Virus record (IMG/VR): IMGVR_UViG_3300027917_004314
Strand: one strand, 5' to 3'
Length of the DNA: 64,000 nt
DNA from: a virus
Taxonomy: Duplodnaviria; Caudoviricetes
The position numbers were made by a program, and so were the translations under genes. Positions 58,790 through 64,000 of the stretch are shown one piece after another (positions within the stretch are counted from its first letter, which is position 1; every line of letters starts with the position of its first letter). Under the pieces are notes generated by a model. That model did not search any database and was not told the DNA's origin. It saw only the letters and a program-made list of their open reading frames with translations.

Positions 58790-59062
58790 ATGGTAGTTGA
58801 AAAGCTTTCACTCACAGAGCTATTACTAACGAGACAATGGCTAATAATGGTCGGAAATTCGCGCGATTCTTGTGGCATGAAGAAAGAGCAGGCCGCAAAG
58901 GTTAGCCTTAGAATTCGTGAAGTAGATGCTGAATTAACTCGCAGAGTTATAGACGGCGACTTCAGTGTTATCTGGTTTAATGACCCAGATTTTGAAAACA
59001 CATTGCAAGAATTAAGAGAAAATAGGGAGATGTCTGAAGGAGATTCAGATGATGGAACATGA
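58790..59062 (+). CDS. Hypothetical protein
   Basis: AGGAG before ATG 58790. Confidence 0.6.
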   Translation: MVVEKLSLTELLLTRQWLIMVGNSRDSCGMKKEQAAKVSLRIREVDAELTRRVIDGDFSVIWFNDPDFENTLQELRENREMSEGDSDDGT

Positions 59063-59330
59063 TAAAATAGTAGCCGCCATTTTGAAGGAAAAAATGGACC
59101 TGGAAAAAAATGGTTTCAAACCTAGAATTATTTTGCTTGGAAGCGAAATACATCAAATGATAGAAGATGAATGGATTGAATCCGTAAAAGAGCTTCCTTG
59201 GGGCGATACATTAATATATGAAATGGAGCAAAAACGAGCTATTGGCAAAAATGTTTTTTTGGGCGATGGGTCTATGTTTGGCTTGTGGGTAATAAGAGTT
59301 GACACCATTGACAACTTTAAGGTTTATTGA
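59049..59330 (+). CDS. Hypothetical protein
   Basis: GGAG RBS; abuts map. Confidence 0.6.
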   Translation: MMEHDKIVAAILKEKMDLEKNGFKPRIILLGSEIHQMIEDEWIESVKELPWGDTLIYEMEQKRAIGKNVFLGDGSMFGLWVIRVDTIDNFKVY

Positions 59331-60086
59331 ATGATAGTTTATATAAAAGATAGAGAAGATATAGAAAATTTTAAATTGGTTGGCAAATGCACTGCGGAAA
59401 TACTTTCAATATTACTTAACAAAGCAAAAGAAGGAGTAACTACTAGAGAACTTGATTCAGTGGCACAAACAGAATGCCAAAATCGCGGCGTCACGCCGGC
59501 ATTTTTAAACTATCGCGGCTTCCCGGCCGCGATTTGCACATCTGTCAATAAAACTTTGGTGCACGGGGTTCCTGATGATACGGCCCTTGTAAACGGTGAC
59601 ATATTGTCGATAGATATTGGTGTAGAAAAACAAGGATATATAGGAGACTCAGCTGAGTCCATTATCGTGGGCGGCGAACCAAATGATTTGATAGAGAAAT
59701 GTAGGATCGCTTTAAAAAATGGAATTGACAAGGTTAGGGCTGGCAACAGACTGAGCAACATATCACAAGCAATTTATGACGTTTCTAGAAAAGCTGGATA
59801 TTCGATAGCGCGTGGATATGGGGGGCATGGGATTGACAGACACCGTTTACATGCGGATCCCTTTGTGTCGAACATTCCAGTTGAAGATGAAGACGACATA
59901 AAGTTGCGTCCAGGTATGATTATTGCCATAGAACCAATGTTAATCGCTTATAATAATGGAAAGACACGTGTGTCGGATCAAGACAACTGGTCCGTTATCG
60001 CAAGTGGCATGGCTGCTCATTGTGAACATACTATTTTAGTAACAGACGGGAAGCCATTTATTTTAACAGATAGGAGTAATAATTGA
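59331..60086 (+). CDS. map: Type I methionine aminopeptidase
   Basis: ICTSVN..LVHGVP, SIDIG, GDSA, GHGI, IEPM, EHT metal ligands. Confidence 0.93.
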   Translation: MIVYIKDREDIENFKLVGKCTAEILSILLNKAKEGVTTRELDSVAQTECQNRGVTPAFLNYRGFPAAICTSVNKTLVHGVPDDTALVNGDILSIDIGVEKQGYIGDSAESIIVGGEPNDLIEKCRIALKNGIDKVRAGNRLSNISQAIYDVSRKAGYSIARGYGGHGIDRHRLHADPFVSNIPVEDEDDIKLRPGMIIAIEPMLIAYNNGKTRVSDQDNWSVIASGMAAHCEHTILVTDGKPFILTDRSNN

Positions 60087-61129
60087 TATCTCTAGATTCT
60101 TTGTTGTTGACCCCAAGCGGAGCCAAAAGGGCTGAAGAGATAGGGCCTGGAGATGACGTCTATATTTATAGGGGATCTAATATGGGTGTACAAGCTGTTA
60201 CTTTTGTGAAAAGTGTTTCAAGTGAAGCCGTCGCTATAAAATATTACTCTAAAAACATATGCGTGGTGCCAAAAACAGCAAAAGTGATTGTTAGTGACGA
60301 CAGAAGAAAACACTTATCAAAGGAAAAACAAGTGTCGGATGTTGGCCGGCATGACCTTGTTCATAGGAAATTCGTAGATATTAGTATGGGCACAGCTGAC
60401 GAGCCGCATGCCTATTCCATTGGCGCTTTACTCGGAGACGGTTGTTGTTGTGAAGGAAAAAACGCAATATACATTAGCTCAGATAGCCGGCACATACCAC
60501 AGTTTGTTGGAGAACAGCTAGGTGCCAAACATATAAGAAAACAAAGGGGAGATAACTACACATATATTATAAGCAATGGCATAGGGTGTGCGGGTAATGT
60601 GGGGCATCCGGCCGTTATTTGTCATCACTATAATAAGTGGTGTAAAAACAGAAAAGCACATCAAAAAATTGTTAACCTAGACATAATTAAGACATGGAAT
60701 AGGGATAGCTGTATAAGATTTCTTTCCGGACTGTTGGACACAGACGGATCAATAGAAGTTGATGATATGCGCATTACCGTTAATTGGTTTAGTCAGTCGA
60801 AATCCATCATAGATGGTATATATTTTATAATTTTGTCGCTATGGCAGACTGAACCACTTATTTGTGTAGATGGAAGGAGCAAATATGTGAACGGACCAGT
60901 GTACAAAATATATGTAAGGAAAAATTTATTCTCAAAAAGAATACTAGAGGAGTGTTCTCCACACCTATTAAAAAAGAAATGCGGTGAATTTGTCGGTAGG
61001 ACACACAAAGCCTGTTATGGGTTTATAAAACCACAATTTATTTGTCAAGGCGAACAGCGTTTTTTAGATTTTGGCTTTGACGGCTTTTTTATAACTTCAA
61101 ACCAAGGTGTTTTGGTGAGGGGAGATTAA
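60083..61129 (+). mobile_element. Free-standing intein-derived (Hint plus LAGLIDADG) homing endonuclease gene
   Basis: ISLDSLLLTPSGAKRAEEIGPGDDV (intein block A without Cys1); IGALLGDG and LSGLLDTDGS; ends FITSNQGVLVRGD without HN; own AGGAG RBS and TTG. Confidence 0.75.
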
Positions 61130-61794
61130 TGAAACCATTATTTATTTCTTTTGAAGGTATAGACGGGAGTTCTAAAACTACACAAGCAGAGTTGCTTTCA
61201 GGATGGATGGGTGAACGTGCTATTGGACACGTTTTAACTAAAGAACCAGGTACTCCGTATATAGTGGAGTGCAAGGTTATAAGAAACTTACTACTTAGCC
61301 CAGAATATAATCTTTCGGATAAGTCAGAATTATTTTTATTTCTAGCAGATAGGTCGCAACATGTACACAGTCTCATTAGACCGTCGCTAGATGCAGGAAA
61401 GCATGTAATATGCGATAGATATTCAGATTCAACACGAGTATATCAGTGTGCTAGAGGATTAAGCAGGGATAAGGTAGATATACTTTTAGACTTCGCTACT
61501 GATGGTTTGCTGCCAGACCTAACTTTTGTTTTAGACATTCCTGTGGATGTTGGGTTGGCAAGAGCAAAGGCCAAGAGCATTTACAAGGAAGGGGACAGGA
61601 TGGAAAAGGCCGGTACCAAATTCCATGAAGATGTGCGGTACGGTTTCCTAAAGCTGGCGGAAAGCATCAAGGAACAACATAGATTTCAAATAATTAACGC
61701 CGCGCCCCCAAAGACCATAGAGCAGATCCATGATGAAATAGTTGAACACATCTCAAAAAGAATATGGATAACTAATGTGATGGAGGAGGCATGA
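61129..61794 (+). CDS. tmk: Thymidylate kinase
   Basis: FEGIDGSSKTTQ, KEPG, LFLADRSQH, CDRYSDS, PDLTFVLD. Confidence 0.92.
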   Translation: MKPLFISFEGIDGSSKTTQAELLSGWMGERAIGHVLTKEPGTPYIVECKVIRNLLLSPEYNLSDKSELFLFLADRSQHVHSLIRPSLDAGKHVICDRYSDSTRVYQCARGLSRDKVDILLDFATDGLLPDLTFVLDIPVDVGLARAKAKSIYKEGDRMEKAGTKFHEDVRYGFLKLAESIKEQHRFQIINAAPPKTIEQIHDEIVEHISKRIWITNVMEEA

Positions 61795-62828
61795 ACACAT
61801 CTATTGTCGTTTGTGGGAAGAAATACGATATAGGGACAAGGGTTGTTTTATGGGATGAACCTGGCGGGCTAAATGCGTATGATACCTCCAAATATACCTA
61901 CACTCAAACCGTACAGGATAGAAAAACCGGCAAAGAAAAGAAAAAGAAGGTAACGGTATCTGGGGTTAGATATAGTAGGAGAAACAAACTCAAGAAAAAT
62001 TTATCGTTGAAACAGTTGCAGGGAATGGTAGACCAGTTTTTTTTACACCATTCTGGTCTATATAGAGCAGAAGATACATTTCATGTGCTACACCGACAGA
62101 GAAGACTATCCGTACATTTTATTTTGGACGATGATGGGATATTATATCAGACGTTAGATCTTAGAGAAAAGGCGTGGCATGGAGGGAAAAATAACCCCCA
62201 GTCTGTAGGCATTGAGATAGATTCTAGAGCGCATGCGGAAAGGTTTCCCAACGCCTATGATGAAGCCCATCAGAAGAAACATAGGGTGGGAAGTAGAAAG
62301 AAAAGAATCGATTTCGTCGGCAATCGTTGGATTTTGGGCTACGAATATAATGACAAACAATATATTACACTGATGCGGTTAGGAATTGTATTAAAGAAAA
62401 CATTCCCGCTCATGAGTGGCTCTGCTGTTGGAACTTATATGGATTTTCCAAGAAATTCGAAAGGAAGGATTATCACATCGGAGCTTAAAAAACCTCATAA
62501 ACATAGTGGCCTTATCTGTCATTATAACAACAGCGCAACCAAAAACGATCCTATATCTTTAGACCACTACAGGTTAATTAAAGGCATCATGAATGATAAT
62601 CCATATCAATCATCGACTTTTATGCGAACTGATAATTGGCGTGACAGACAAAAATGGTTAGCAGCGGTTGGTTATGATCCTGGGCCCGTTGATGGTGATT
62701 TTGGGCCAAAAACAAAAGTTGCTTTGCAAAAGTTTCAGAAGGATAATAAATTAAGCCCCGATGGAGTTTGGGGAGCAAAAACTGAGTACATGTTGGATTT
62801 AGTAACGAAAGAAAAAGGAGTAAGATAG
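61791..62828 (+). CDS. Endolysin: Amidase_2-type domain plus C-terminal peptidoglycan-binding domain
   Basis: FLHH, SVHFILDDDG, AWHGG, SVGIEI, ICH; GYDPGPVDGDFGPKT..AL..FQ....L.PDGVWG. Confidence 0.85.
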   Translation: MNTSIVVCGKKYDIGTRVVLWDEPGGLNAYDTSKYTYTQTVQDRKTGKEKKKKVTVSGVRYSRRNKLKKNLSLKQLQGMVDQFFLHHSGLYRAEDTFHVLHRQRRLSVHFILDDDGILYQTLDLREKAWHGGKNNPQSVGIEIDSRAHAERFPNAYDEAHQKKHRVGSRKKRIDFVGNRWILGYEYNDKQYITLMRLGIVLKKTFPLMSGSAVGTYMDFPRNSKGRIITSELKKPHKHSGLICHYNNSATKNDPISLDHYRLIKGIMNDNPYQSSTFMRTDNWRDRQKWLAAVGYDPGPVDGDFGPKTKVALQKFQKDNKLSPDGVWGAKTEYMLDLVTKEKGVR

Positions 62829-62830
62829 CT

Positions 62831-63706
62831 ATGGACGGCAGTAGACAAGGAATTATAGATGCAATTGAACACGAGGCTGATCTAAAAAAGAAATATTTAA
62901 ATTCTCAAATTGGGTGTCTGGACAAAGGGTTTGTGCGACTGGTGGACTTCATGGGTTCTGACGCCTCAGTTGTCCAAGCAGCGCGAGTTAGCACTAATAA
63001 AGGAACAACTGATAAGAAAAGAGATGAAATGCTGATTAGATATTTAATGCGTATGCGTCATACAAGTCCTTTTGAACAAGTGGAGTTTAAGTTTCATTGT
63101 AAATTGCCAATTTTTTGTGCTCGACAAATGGTGCGACATAGAACTGCCAGTTTGAATGAAATGAGCGGCCGGTATTCGCAAATGCCTGAAGAATATTACA
63201 TACCAGAAATTGACAGGCTGCGAACACAAGATAAGGTAAATCTACAGGGTAGTGGCGAAGAGCAAATAGAAGAGGCCACTTGGATACAAGATTCTTTCAA
63301 GGATGAATGTAAACTGTCGTTCGAGAATTATAATAGTTACTTAAAATGCGGATTGGCTAGAGAAATAGCACGTATTAATCTTCCGCTTTCTACCTACACC
63401 CAGTGGTATTGGAAGATGGATTTACATAATCTTTTTCATTTTCTTGCACTTAGACTGCATCCGCACGCCCAGTATGAAATGCGGCAATACGCTAAAGCGA
63501 TTTTCGCATTGATACAACCAATTGTTCCAGTGTCTTGTCAGGCCTTCGCAGAATATAAATTGAATGCTAGAACGTTTTCTGGCAAAGAAATGAATATTAT
63601 AAAGGGGTTACTCAATAAAATTCATCCAAATGACATTTCTACGATGCTATGTGATAGCGGGCTCAGTAAACAAGAGCAGGAAGAATTACTGGATAAAATA
63701 ACATAA
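62831..63706 (+). CDS. thyX: FAD-dependent thymidylate synthase
   Basis: QAARVS, HTSPFE, RHRTASLNEMSGRY, AREIARINLP, AQYEMR. Confidence 0.95.
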   Translation: MDGSRQGIIDAIEHEADLKKKYLNSQIGCLDKGFVRLVDFMGSDASVVQAARVSTNKGTTDKKRDEMLIRYLMRMRHTSPFEQVEFKFHCKLPIFCARQMVRHRTASLNEMSGRYSQMPEEYYIPEIDRLRTQDKVNLQGSGEEQIEEATWIQDSFKDECKLSFENYNSYLKCGLAREIARINLPLSTYTQWYWKMDLHNLFHFLALRLHPHAQYEMRQYAKAIFALIQPIVPVSCQAFAEYKLNARTFSGKEMNIIKGLLNKIHPNDISTMLCDSGLSKQEQEELLDKIT

Positions 63707-63794
63707 ATGTAACTAATAATTGTCGACTACGCCCGTTATTCTGGAATATATTGTTTTTATAGAAGGGAAATAATAATTTGAGGTATTTATCAAA

Positions 63795-64000
63795 TTGCCG
63801 TTTGATTTTCTAGATGAATATAAAAAGATAAAAGTTGGCGGATTAGTGAGAATTAAGAACAAGTATCTTCCGCCAAATCATATACTCACTGGAGTGGTAC
63901 CGGTGCATTCTGATTTTGTGGATTATATATTGAAGAATGAAAATGTATTTACCATTACGTGTATCCAAGAATATTACGATGACGTATTAATTTCTGTATT
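63795..64000 (+). CDS. 3'-truncated hypothetical protein (MPFDFLDEYKKIKVGGLVRIKNK...)
   Basis: GAGGT RBS, TTG at 63795, open to the window end. Confidence 0.5.
   Translation, partial: MPFDFLDEYKKIKVGGLVRIKNKYLPPNHILTGVVPVHSDFVDYILKNENVFTITCIQEYYDDVLISV

Noticed and set aside
61129-61200. Tmk P-loop variant GIDGSSKT (Ser for Gly) as a sign of modified-nucleotide specificity
   Set aside because: A single substitution with the other motifs canonical; no base-modification genes can be tied to it from sequence alone.
209-63229. Minus-strand and nested ORFs in the track
   Set aside because: All overlap well-supported plus-strand genes and show no recognisable motifs; treated as shadow ORFs.
1-64000. 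Alternative genetic code (stop-codon reassignment), as in some large phages
   Set aside because: Long genes are intact under the standard code and end in TAA, TAG and TGA at tight junctions; only one isolated in-frame TAA was found.
1-64000. CRISPR arrays, tRNAs, rRNA, IS elements
   Set aside because: No spaced direct repeats, cloverleaf patterns or transposase motifs seen; intergenic gaps are mostly under 135 nt.

Overview
A 64-kb, almost gap-free segment of what looks like a very large (jumbo/huge) tailed bacteriophage genome. Every supported gene is on the + strand, AGGAG/GGAG Shine-Dalgarno motifs and ATGA/TAATG overlaps are common, and the standard code gives intact long ORFs. Modules in order: (1) end of a virion-protein region with a Gly-rich protein and terminator (1-1488); (2) a ribbon-helix-helix gene heading a ~30-kb, 31-gene glycan synthesis/modification locus (1795-32050) with ~12 glycosyltransferase genes (one intein-split double GT4), several methyltransferases, two radical SAM enzymes, Gmd/Fcl/ColD-like and NeuB/cytidylyltransferase/DegT/SDR enzymes, and no recognisable membrane export machinery; (3) a tubulin/FtsZ-family GTPase followed by an SF2 helicase, a stop-interrupted Zn-finger/HNH gene, a DnaC-like loader and DnaB; (4) prkA(yeaG)-yeaH-spoVR, a SLOG protein, a sigma factor, class II RNR and PIN-PhoH; (5) five acidic, probably virion proteins strongly enriched in the tripeptide DGY (50768-58779); (6) map, a free-standing intein-derived LAGLIDADG gene, tmk, an amidase endolysin and thyX. 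All product calls come from motif recognition by eye; no database searches were run.
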